From positions 1,178,001-1,242,000 of the forward strand of contig OZ251238.1 of assembly GCA_965240325.2 (NCBI GenBank): a stretch of 64,000 bases of DNA. The letters run 5' to 3'. Every line of letters starts with the position of its first letter. Position 1 is the first letter of the stretch. The translations under genes and the position numbers were made by a program. This stretch comes from Rebecca billardiae RCC1528 (Eukaryota; Protista; Haptophyta). Of the stretch, positions 33,336 through 44,354 are shown in pieces. The notes under the pieces were generated by a model. It had not been told where the DNA came from, made no database searches, and worked only from the letters and a program-made list of their open reading frames with translations.

Positions 33336-36300
33336 TCTTAGCCCGCCACCCTCCCCACCCGGTCCGCCGAGCCCGCCGGCGCCGCCGCCGGCGCCTCCGT
33401 CGCGCCCGCCACTGCCGCCGCCGCCGCCTGCACCGCCGAGGGCGCCGCCGAGCGCGCCGCCGCCGAGCGCGCCGCCGCCGCCGCCGGCGCCACCGCCGCT
33501 CCCGCCGCCGCCCTCGCCGCCGCCGGCGCCGCCCTCGCCGCCGCCGGCGCCGCCGAGCCCGCCGAGCCCGCCGCCGAGCCCGCCGCCGCCGAGCCCGTCG
33601 CCGCCGCCGCCCGCGCCGCCGCCCGCGCCGCCGCCGGCCTCGCCGCCGCCGAGCCCGCCGCCATCGCCGCCGTCGCGCCCGCCACCGTCGGCTCCGCCGC
33701 CGCCGCCTCCGTGGCCTCCGGCGAGCCCGCCGCTGCCTCCGCCGCCGCCCGCGCCGCCGAGCGCGCCGCCGAGCGCGCCGCCGCCGAGCGCGCCGCCGCC
33801 GCCGCCCTCGCCGGCGCCGGCGCCGCCGCCGCCCTCGCCGCCGCCGGCGCCGCCCTCGCCGCCGCCGGCGCCGCCGAGCCCGCCGAGCCCGCCGCCGAGC
33901 CCGCCACCGCCGAGCTCGCCGCCGCCGCCGCCGAGCCCGCCGCCGCCGCCGCCGCCGCCGCCGAGCCCGCCGCCGTCGCCGCCGTCGCGCCCGCCGCCGC
34001 CCAGCCCGCCCTCGTCGCCGCCGACCCCGCCGGCTCGCCCGCCCTCGCCGCCGCCGCCCTCGCCGCCGCCGCGCCCGCCGCCGCCTCCGCCCAGCCCGCC
34101 GCCCTCACCAAGCATCTGGTTCGGCCTCCTCCTCGGCGGCACCGTCTCGGAGCTCGAGCCAGCGGCCGCGCGCGTCGAGCTGGAGGCGCGGACTGCCGCG
34201 CTCGCGGGCGTGCCGCCGTGGCACGTGCGCGTGCACGCCGTCCACGCCGCGTCGGTGCGCGCCGTGTTCGAGGCGGTGCCCCGAGACGAGCACGGCGCGC
34301 CGGTCGACGTGCTCGCGGCGCTGTGGCGCCTCTCCCTCCCGCAGCTCTCCGCGCAGCTGGGCGTGGAGGTGCAGGCGCCGCCGATGGCGCTGAGCGCGGG
34401 CTGCACCGCGCCGCTCGCGCCCAACTACGCTTCGGGCGCGGAGGTGGACGACGGCAGCTGCGTGCACGACGCGCCGCGCGCGCCGCCTGCCGCGCCACCG
34501 CCGCGCGCGCCGCCGCCGCCGCCGCCGCCGCCGTCCGCGCCGCCGTCCACACCGCCGCCGTCCGCGCCGCCGTCCGCGCCGCCGCGCGCGCCGCCGTCCG
34601 CGCCGCCGCCGTCCTCGCCGCCGCCCGCCGCGCCGCCGCCGCCGCCGCCCGCGCTGCACGCACCGCAGCTCGAGTGGGCGGGCTTCAACGCTGGCGCGAC
34701 GGCGCTGGTCGTGCGCTTCGACGGCCAGCCGACCGACCGCGCGGGCATGGGCTCGGCGCTCGGCGCGTGCGACGGCGTGCTCGACCCGCCGACGCTCGCG
34801 CTCGTGCGCGGCGGCGCGGACGCGCCGCCGCGCTGCTACTGGCGCGACGACTCGACGCTGGTGGCGCAGCTGAACGCGCGCACGGCGCTGCGCCCGGGCG
34901 CGCGCGTCGGGCTGGTGCCGCGCGCGCTCGCGCCCGCCGCGTGCGCGCCGCCGTGCGCCGACGCCGCGCTGCTCCTCGCCGCGTCGAGCCTGACGATCGA
35001 CGTCGCGTCGCCGTGCGAGGGCGGCGCGTGCCCTGAGCCCGTCGCCGCCATCTCCGCGCCCGCGACGCTCTCCTCGTGCCCCGGCGCGTCGCTCACGCTC
35101 GACGGCTCGGCGTCGCGCGGCGTCGGGATTGCGCCGCTCGCGTACGCGTGGCGGCTGGTCGCGCCCGCGCCGTCGAGCGATGGCGCGGGCCTCGGCGCGC
35201 GTCTCTCCGCGCGGCTGCACTCGCTCCCCGCGGACGCGGCGGTCGTCGCGCTCTCAAGTCTCGAGCTGGACGGCGCGGACGCGGCCGCGGGCGGCGGCGC
35301 GGACGCGGACGCGCAGCCGCTGGTGTTTGAGCTGACGGCCACGTCATTCCTCGGCACGCCGTCCGCGCCGGTTACGTGGGCCGTGTCGCGCGCACACGAC
35401 GCGAGCCCGTCGCTCGCGCTCGTCGGCGCGGCGGTGGTGGACGCGCGCGCGTCACGCCCGCTGCTGCTGGCCGCGCAGGCGTCGCTCGCGCCGTGCTGGC
35501 CGATCTCGCGGCCGGAGATTGCGTTCTCGTGGCGCGTGCTCAGCGTGGCCGAGGTGGAGAGCGACGCGGTGGTGGCGGGCGAGGGCGCGGCCGCGCCGCC
35601 GCCGCCGACCCTCGCGCTGCCCGACCTCTCCGCCGCGAGCCACTCCGACCTGCTGCTGCCTGCGCACGCGCTCAGCGCGGGGCACGCGTACACGCTCGCC
35701 GTGCGCGCGGCGATGGCGGATGACGCCGACGCGGCCGCGGAGGCGCGCGTCGAGGTGCGCGTGCTGCGGCAGCCGCTGCGCGCGGTGATCGCCGGCGGCG
35801 ACCGGCTCGTGCCGAGCGGCGAGCCGCTGCTCGTCGACGCGTCCGGCTCGGCGGACCCCGACTCGCCGCCCGGCGGCGCGGCGGCCGCGTCCGAGCCGCC
35901 GCTGCGCTTTGAGTGGCGCGTCACCCGCGCCGACGGCGGCGCGAGCGTCGTCGCTGTGTCGTCGTACACGCCGTCCCTCGAGCTGCCGGCGGGCGTGCTC
36001 GCGCCCGGCTCGTACGCGCTGCGCCTCCTGCTCTCCAAGCCGGGGCGCGGCGAGGCGGCCGCGTCCATCGCCCTCGAGGTGACGGCGCGCGCCGTGCCCA
36101 CCATCCGGATCGCGCCGTTGCCGCGTTCCAAGGTGAACGCCGACTGGGGCGCGGCGGGCGGCGGCGCGGCGGGGCGCGCGGCGCTCGAGGCGTGGCTCGA
36201 CGACGAGTCGGAGGCGGCGCTCGCGTCGGGCGCGGCGTCGTACGCCTTCGAGTGGTCCGCGCTCGTGCTCGGCGCGGCCGGCTCGCGCGCGCCCGCGCCG

Positions 36301-38367
36301 CTGGAGCTGCACGACGACGAGCGCGTGACGACGACGGGCGCGCGCGGGCGAACGCTCGCGTTCCGCCGCGGCGCGCTCGCGCCGGGCGCGTTGTACAGCT
36401 TCGAGCTGCGCGTGACGGGCGGCGCGGAGGTGGCGTTCGCACAGGTGAGCGTGGCGGTCAACCGGCCGCCGTTCGGCGGGCGGCTGCGCGTCTCGCCGCC
36501 GTCTGGCGGCGCCTCGCTGCACACGACGTTTGTGCTGCGCGCGCGCGGCTGGGCGGACGACGACGCGGACGACTTGCCGCTGCGGTACAGCTTCGAGCTA
36601 CGTGAGACGGTGTCGCGCGGCGCGCGCGAGGTCGGCGTGCCGCTCGGCGCGCTGCGCCGCGCGCCGTACGCGCACGCCGTGCTGCCCGCGGGCAACCGCA
36701 CCGCCGCCGTCCTCGTGCTCGACGCGCTCGGCGCCGCCGCGAGCGCTCTCGCGCACGTCGAGGTCGGCGCGGCCGAGCCGGCGCTCGAGGGCGGCGGCGG
36801 CGGCGGCGGCGCGGGCGCGCACAGCGCTGCGGCGACGGCGGGCGCGGCGGCGCGCGCGCTCGAGACCGCCATCGAGCGCGCGCGCCTCGCCGTCGCCACC
36901 GGCGCGAGCGAGCTCGCCCTTCAGCTCGTACGCGCGGGCGCGGACGCACTCGGCGCGCTCGCGGCGCTCGACGCCGCCGCGGCCGCCGACGCGGCCGCGA
37001 CGCTGCTCGAGCTGAGCGAGGCGGCGCGCGGCGCGCGCGCGTCGACGGCGGAGGGGCGCGCGCAGGCGGCGGGCGTGCTCGCCGCCGTCCTCGGCGCCGC
37101 CTCGCCGCACGCGCTGCCCGCGCGCGCGCGCGCGAGCGCGCTCGCCCAGCTCGCCGCCATCACCGACGCTGCGCGCGCGCCCGGCGGCGGCGGCGTCGAC
37201 GGCTCCGTCGGCACGCTGCTGCTCGAGGCGCTGGACGCGCTGCTGCTCGCCGCGCCGCTGCGCGGGCTGGGCGAGGCGGAGGCGCGCGAGCTCGGCCTCG
37301 GCGTGAGCGCCGCCGTGGACGGGCTCTCTCGCGCGCTGCTCAGCGGCACGCTCGCGGGCGAGCGCGCGCCCGCGCTCGTCGGCGACGCGCTCGCGCTCGC
37401 GCCGAGCCGCGAGCGCGCGGACGCGCTGCGCAACTCCAGCCTCGGCGTGCCGGGCGGCTCGGCGGCGCTCGGCTTGCCGCACGGCGTGTTCGCGGGGCTG
37501 CGCGGCGCCGACGGCGCGTCCGGCGCGGGCGCGCCGCCGTACAGCCTCGGCGCGCCCGTCGACGCCGTGCTCTACACGCTCCGCGCCAACGTGCACGACG
37601 ACCCGGCCAACGGCACCAACTGGACGGGGCTCGGCGCGGGGCTGCGCTCAAGGCTCTTCTCCGCGACGCTGTACGACACGCGCAGCGGCGGCGCGCTGCC
37701 GCTGGCCGGGCTCGCGCAGCCGCTCGAGCTGCGCCTGCCGCTGCTGCCCGCCGCGCACGGCGGCGGCGCGGACGCGGGCTCAGCGCTCGCGTGCGCGTGG
37801 TGGGCGGACGCCGAGCGCGCGTGGCTCGGCGACGGCTGCGTGGCCGTCGGCGTGGTGGCGGCGGCGGACGCGGCGGGCGCGGGGTCGGACGGCGCGGAGG
37901 GCGGCGCGCTGGTGTGTGCGTGCACCCACCTCACCGACTTCGCCGCCGTCTCCGCGCCCTCCTCCGCCGCCGAGCTCGACGCCGACGCCGCCACCTTCAC
38001 CGTCAACACGCTCTCGCTCGACCAGCTCACGCTCGCCGCGTCGGTGGACGCGCACGAGCTCAACCCGACGATTGTGTGGCTGGTGGTTGCGCTCACGGCG
38101 GGGTGCGCGCTGAGCGTGGGCTGCGCGGCGTGGCGCGACGAGCGGGACGCGCGCAAGCGCAGGCTCCGCCTGCTCGCCGTGCTCGACGCCGCCGACGCGG
38201 GCGTGAAGAAGGCGAAGGCGCAGCCGCAGCAGCGCCAGCCGCGCCACTGGCCGGCGCCGCACGGCGCGCAGGCGGTGCAGCCGACGCGCGCAGCAACACG
38301 CCCAGCCGCCGCCGCGGCCGCGGCCAAGGGCGGTGCCGAGGTGGGCTCTGGCGCCGAGGGCGCCGAG

Positions 38368-38398
<31 letters not shown>

Positions 38399-41300
38399 TG
38401 CGGCCGCGGCCCGACGGCTTCGCCGACCGGCTCGAGCTCGCGCTCGACGACGCGGAGGACTGGGCGATCCGAGCGCGGCACGAGGCCGCGCGCACGATGC
38501 AACGGCACGTGCGCGGCCGGCGCGCGCGCTCGGTGATCGCTGCGCTCCGGCCGCGCCGCGCGGGCGCGGACTACGAGCGCGACCACTTCTTGACGTCGCT
38601 CGTGCGCCGCGTGGGCGCCAAGATCGGCAGCGACCACTCGGTGCTCGGGCTGCTGCTCGCGGACGCGGAGGACTCGAAGCGCGCCGAGCTCGCGCAGATC
38701 TTCTGGAACGTCGCGATGCTCGGCCTCGTGATCACGTGCATGCTCTACGCGCCGCTCGACTCGACGCCTGGCGCGCCGGGCTCGGGCGTGCAGGACGCGG
38801 ACGCGGCGGCGGAGGCGGCGGGCACGCTCAACCTGACGCACGCGGTGATGACGGCGCTCCTCACCGCCGCGCTCACCGCGCCCGCGCTCGCGCTCTTCAA
38901 CGCCATCTACCGCTTTGGCTACGGCCGGCGCGCCGCGCCGCTCTCGAAGCGCGTGCACGCCGCATTCCTGCGCGCCGAGCTGGCCGCGCGCGTGCAGCAG
39001 CAGTCGCCGTTCGCGCAGACGGTGCGCTCGCGGCTCGAGGACGGCGGCGCCTCCGTCGTCGCGAGCCGAAGCCCCTCGCGCCGCGGCTCGCTCGGCAAGC
39101 CGAGCCCGCTCGGCTCCACGCCCACGCCCGCCAAGCCGGGCGCCGGGCCGGGCGGCTTCAGGCGCCGGCCGAGCCGGCTTGACGGCGACGGCGCCGCGGC
39201 CGCGCGCTCCGCCGGCGTCTCGACCAACTCGTCGCTCGACTCGTCGTTCGTGGACGCGGGGGGCGCGCGGGGCAGGCCGCCGGCGCTGCGGCGCTCGCAG
39301 AGCGCGTCCGGCGTCTTTGGCGCGCAGCGCCTCTCGCCGCGCGCGCTCTTCGGCGGCGGCGGCGGCAGCGGCGCGGCGTCGCCGCGCAACGCGACGATCG
39401 GCCCTGCGCCCGCGCCAGACGCGCCGGTGGCCCCCGAGCACGACGCGGCGCGCGCGGCGCTCAAGCGGCCGCCGCCGCCCGGCGCGCCCGCGGCGCTCTC
39501 GCCCGAGGACGGCGCGCGCTCGTTCGGGCGCACGCGCCCGCTGCGCACGGGCGGCGCGCACTGGCCCGCGGGCGGCGCGGGCGCGGAGGCGGGCGCGGGC
39601 GCGGGCGCGGGCGCCTCGCCGCGCGAGCGCTCGCCACCAAACCCGCTCCGCTCGCCGCGCGAGCGCTCGCCAAACCCGTTCGGCTCGCCGCGCGGGCCGG
39701 GCTCGGCGGGCAGCCGCGGCAGCAGCGCGGCCTCGCCCGCATCGCTCGGCGCGCGGCGCGGCCGGCGGCGCAGCAGCAGCACCGGCGCCATCCGCCCGCC
39801 CAGGCCAGGCGAGTCGTCGTCGCCCGGCGGCGCGCGGCCGGGAAGCTCGCGCCCGGGGCTGCTGCCGCCGCTGCCGCTCGGCCGGACGGCGCCACTCGCC
39901 ACCGCCGCGGCGATTGGCCCGGGCGACGAGGCGTGCGCCTCCGCGCCCGGCGGCGAGGCGCCGCCCCTCCCGCGCCGCCCGCCGCCGCTCGGCAGCCACG
40001 GCCGCACGGCCGCCGTGCCCACGCCCGCCGCGCAGGCCGGGCCGCTCGCGGTGCGCGGCCCGGGCGGCGGCGTGGGCTCGCCCACACCGTCGGCCGGCGG
40101 CGGCACGCCGCGCTCGGCCGGCGGCGGCACGCCGCGCTCGGCGGGCAGCACCCCGCGCGGCGGCACCTTCCGACGCGCCGCCGGCGCCGCCGGCGCCGCC
40201 GGCGCCGCGAGCGGCGGGCCGCTCAGCCCGGCGCGCAACGCGCCCGTCTCGCCTCTCGAGATGAGCGCGCCGCCGGCCGCGCCGGCCGCGGCGGCGCCGC
40301 CGTTTGCCGACGTGCTCGTCCACCCGGAGGAGGGGCGCGGCGCGGCGGGCGCGCCCGCGAGCAGCGGCGGCGGGCGCACGCCCCGCTGGGGCCGGGCGCG
40401 CCCGCCCGCCGACGGCGCGCCCGCCGCGGAGGGCTCGGAGGCGTGGCGCGCCGCGCGCGCGCTCGAGATCGCAGACGGGTGGCGCGCGCGCCCGAGCCCG
40501 GTCTCGCCCGACGCGCGCGCGCCGACGCAGCCGCCGCATCCGCACCCGCCGCCGTCGCCGCCGCACCCGCACCCGCCGCCGAGCCGGCCGCCGCCGCCCG
40601 CGACGCCGCCGCCGGAGTACAGCGCCGTGCCCGCGCCGGACGAGCGGACGCTCGCCTCGCCGCGCCGCCCGCCGCCCGTCTCGCCCGAGCCGGGCGCGGA
40701 GGCGGGCGCGGACGCGGGCTCGGCCTTGGACTCGGAGGCGGACTCGGCGCCGTCCGAGCCGTCGTCGGGCCGCGCCTCGCCCGTGGCGGCGCGCGCGCGG
40801 CCGGGGCCGAGCACGCCCGCGCCGCCCCGCACGCCGCACGCCGCACGCACCGAGCTCGACGCCGCGCACGACGCCACGCTCCTCGACGGCGAGACCCTCG
40901 CGCTGCTGGGCGCAAAGTTCGACGAGCACGACGCGGACCGCTCGGGCGCGCTCGACGTCGCCGAGTTCGCCCAGCTGCTGCACGACCTGGGCTTCCGGCT
41001 GCGCCGGCCGCGCGTGCGCGCGCTCGTCGCCGAGATTGACGCCGACCGCGACGGCCGCGTCACCTTTGTCGAGCTCGCCATCTGGTACGACAAGATGGTC
41101 GCGGCCGAGGTGGCGCGCGCGGGCCGCTGCGCGTACGGGCCGTGCGCGTGGGGCGCGCGCGCGCTGCGCTGCTGCGTGCCCTCGGCGCGCGTGCGGCTCG
41201 GCCTCGCGTGGGCGGCGATGTGGACCATCTTCGCGGCGCTCGCCTACCTCGCCCTCTCGTACGCGCTCGTCTTCGGCGAGCGGCAGACGCGCTACCTCCT

Positions 41301-41496
41301 GCTCTCGTGGTGCTTCGGCGAGGCGCAGTCGCTGACGGTCGAAGAGCCGATCATCCTCGCCCTCGCCGTGCTGCTGCCTGTGCTGGTGGACCGCGCGCTC
41401 TCGCAGGGGGGCGCGAGCGGCGAGGCGGCGAACGAGCTGCTCGCGACGAGCGTCGGCGCGGCCGTGCACGTGCTCCAGAGCATCGGCGCGGGCTGA
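23353..41496 (+). CDS. Giant polycystin-1 (PKD1)-like receptor, ~6047 aa, single exon: signal peptide, Pro/Ser shaft, Ig/SKICH-like and SEA-like modules, REJ, GAIN/GPS, 5 TM, IQ motif, EF-hand pair
   Basis: 18-kb stop-free frame; signal LLSLVVALASISLAATA. REJ-type motifs LTLDGSAS, LLVDASGSADPD, VNRPPFGGRLRVSP and GWADDDADDLPLRYSF. GPS CAWW...W...GC...CACTHL/TDFA (37921-37941). IQ AARTMQRHVRGRRAR. EF loops DADRSGALDVAE and DADRDGRVTFVE. Other in-frame ATGs at 23290 and 23326. Confidence 0.9.
23443..34110 (+). repeat. Coding Pro/Ser repeat region with 66-bp (PPPPQSPQPPPPSRVPPPPSPS), 240-bp higher-order and 147-bp units
   Basis: 66-bp period (e.g. 26305 to 26371); 240-bp period (26761 to 27001, 29461 to 29701); 147-bp period at 30007, 30154, 30301, 30448, 30595, 30742 and 30889. 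Interrupted by a globular module at about 32180-32460. Confidence 0.95.
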
Positions 41497-42186
41497 CGCC
41501 GCTGACGCGCCGACGGCGAGGCGCACGAGCCGATGCCGCCGCCGCCGCCAATGCGCCGACTACCGGGCCTGATGTGCGAAGGTACGACGTGGCGCGGCGC
41601 AATCGATAACAGCAGCTGCGCCCGCGCCGGCCGATGTGAGTAGTGATGTCGTGCATGTGCATATGAATGACGATGCGCGCAGCAGCAGACTTTGTGACGG
41701 ATGCGGGATGGCGCGCGCGCGGCGAGCGCGGAGCAGCGCAGCTGATGCTGCTAACTGCACCAGCAAGTAGTCCATCAGCAGCGACTACTCGATCTGTCGC
41801 TGACGATGATGATATCATGATGACGACGACTGATCGATGATGATGAGTAGTTACGCTACTAGTTATTGTGACGATGATGATGCATCATGGTTACGATACA
41901 ACGATGGACGACTATACTACGGCTGGTGCTGTAGATATGCATGGCTGCCACGGCGTGGGCGCTGCGGCCGTGCATGACTGACTGTGACGCCGCGTGTCAC
42001 GACCAGCACGAGGGACGACGCGCAGTTTGCTGTGCGGCGGAGTCGGACTGACAATGAATGACAGTTCCGGTTGCGGTCACGTCATGAGAGCAAATAAAAC
42101 GAGCCGGCCCGCCACCGCCCAAAGAAATCGCCAGGCCGCCAGCGGAGCCCGGCCCAAGCCGAAGGGCTCAGACGTCGCGGACAGCC

Positions 42187-42346
42187 ATGTCCGCCTTCGG
42201 CCGGGGCTCGCGTCGCGGCGGCGGTGGCGGCAGCAGTGCGTTCGGAGGCGGCGGCGGCGCGCGCGGTGGACGAGGCAGCAGCGCGTTCGGTAGCGGTGGT
42301 GGCGGCGGCGGCGGCAGCTTTGGCGGTGGCGGCGGCAGCGCCTTTG

Positions 42347-42381
<35 letters not shown>

Positions 42382-42506
42382 CGGGCGGGTGCTCAGCAGG
42401 AGGCGCCCCGCGGCAACCGGTACGGCGGCGGCGGCGCGTTCGGCGGGGCGCCCGCGCAGCCGCCGGGCGGCGGCTTCGGGGGTGGCGGTGGCCGATCGAG
42501 CGCCTT

Positions 42507-42543
<37 letters not shown>

Positions 42544-43496
42544 CAGTACCAGGGCGGCGGGCGCGGGCGAGGCGGCGGTAGCTTTGGCGGCGGCGGCGGC
42601 GGCGCGTTCGGCGGCGGCGGCGGCGGCGGCGCTCGCGGCGGGCGCGGCGGCTCCCGCGGCGGCGGCGCGCCGCCCACGCCATTCGGCGGCGCGGCGCCCG
42701 CCGCGCCCGCGCGCATGGACAGCGCCACCCTAGCCAAGACGATACTGACTGACCTGGAGCACGCGGCGGCCATGGCCTATCTCTTCAGCGCGTACGGGCC
42801 CGTGGGCGGGGCGCCGTGCCTGCTGGGCGGCGACGTGTCGCCCGAGGAGTGGCGGTGGGAGGCGTACGCCGCGGCGGCCTCGGGCGCGCCGGCGCACGCG
42901 CTCGCGGCGTGGAGCGCCGCGCTCCAGCAGAAGCAGCAGCAGCTTGGCGCGCTGCGCGCCGCGGCCACCTCGGGCACGCTCGGCGTCGACCCGAGTCTGT
43001 ACGTGCCGCGCGCGGGCGCGGCGGGCGGGGCGGGCGCGGGCGGGCTCGGCGGCGCGGCGGGCGGCGGCGGGGGCAGCGCGTTCGGCGGCAGCCCCGCCGC
43101 TCCGGCGGGGAGCGCCTTCGTGGCCGCGGCCGGCCCGCCCGGCGGCGGCGGCGGCGCGTTTGGCGGCGGCGGCGGCGGCGCGCCCGGGCCGGCGGCCTCC
43201 GCCTTTGGCGGCGGCGGCGGCGGCGGCGCGTTTGGAGGCGGCGGCGGCGGGGCGGCTGGCGCGGGCAGCGCGTTCGGCGCGGCGCAGAGCCCCGCCGCGC
43301 CGTCGCCGTTCGGCGGCGCGCCGAGCGGTTGCAGCGCATTCGGTGCGGCCGCGGGCGGCGCTGGGCGCGGCGCCGGCGCCGGCTCCGCTTTCGGCGCCGC
43401 AGCCGGGCGCGGCGGCGGCGGCGCGTCGGCTTTCGGCGGCGGCGGCGGCGGCAGCGGCGGCGCTTCGGCGTTCGGCGGCGGTGGCGCCAGCGCCTT

Positions 43497-43536
<40 letters not shown>

Positions 43537-43923
43537 TTTGGCGGCGGCGGGAGAGCGGCTGTGCCAGCGTCGGCATTTGGCGGCCGCGGCGGCGGCGGCG
43601 GCGGCGGCCGCGGGTTTGGCGGCGGCGGCCGCGGCTTCGGCGCGGGGGCGGGCGGCGGCGGCGGCGGCGGCGGCGGCGCACATGGCGCGCAGGCCACGGT
43701 CGTCGCCACCCTCGCGCCCGAGCCGCCCGCGCTGCCCGCAGGCGCCGACGCGGCCCTTGGCGCGGCCTCGGCGCCTGGCGGCGGCGCGGACGGCAGCGGC
43801 GCCCCTTCAGCAGAGGCGCTGCAGGCCTGGGGCATCAGCGTGGCTGACTACGCGCTGTTCGCCGCGGCCGACTTTGGGAAGGGGCCGATTCCGGAGGCGG
43901 CGCCGCCGCCCGCGCTCGCCTGA
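42187..43923 (+). CDS. NUP42: Nucleoporin NUP42 / hCG1 / Amo1-like FG-repeat protein, 578 aa
   Basis: Many SAFGG/AFGG repeats, central YLFSAYGP...GDVSPEEWRWEAY block, and C-terminal Gle1-binding-like motif FAAADFGKGPIPEAAPPP. Confidence 0.85.
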
Positions 43924-44354
43924 CGGCGCCCACCCTCGCGACCACGACGGCTGCGCGGCGCGCACTCGCGCCATGCCGGTCGACGAGCCGCCGGCTACAC
44001 TGACTCGGCGACATCACGCAGGCATGCGCCCCGCCGGCCTGACTGCTGCAGACGCTGGCAACGCTGCCGGCGTGCCGCCCGCAGACGTTGGCAGCCGTGT
44101 AGTTGCCCATCGTCATAGCGGCGCTGCTGTTAGTACGACTGCTACGTACGACCTGCCCTGCCGCCTACCAAATGATGAATAATGCTTTTTGCCCCGGCTC
44201 TGTTCGCCTCCCGGATTTTGGTCGGTCCGGACGAGCCAAAAGCGCCAAAGCGAAGCGCGCCACAAAGGCTGCTCAGGCTGGGCGCGCGCTTGCGGCCTCG
44301 ACACACAAGCTGCACCACCCTCACGCTCAGGCCGGCCTGAGCCCCGCGCGACAC

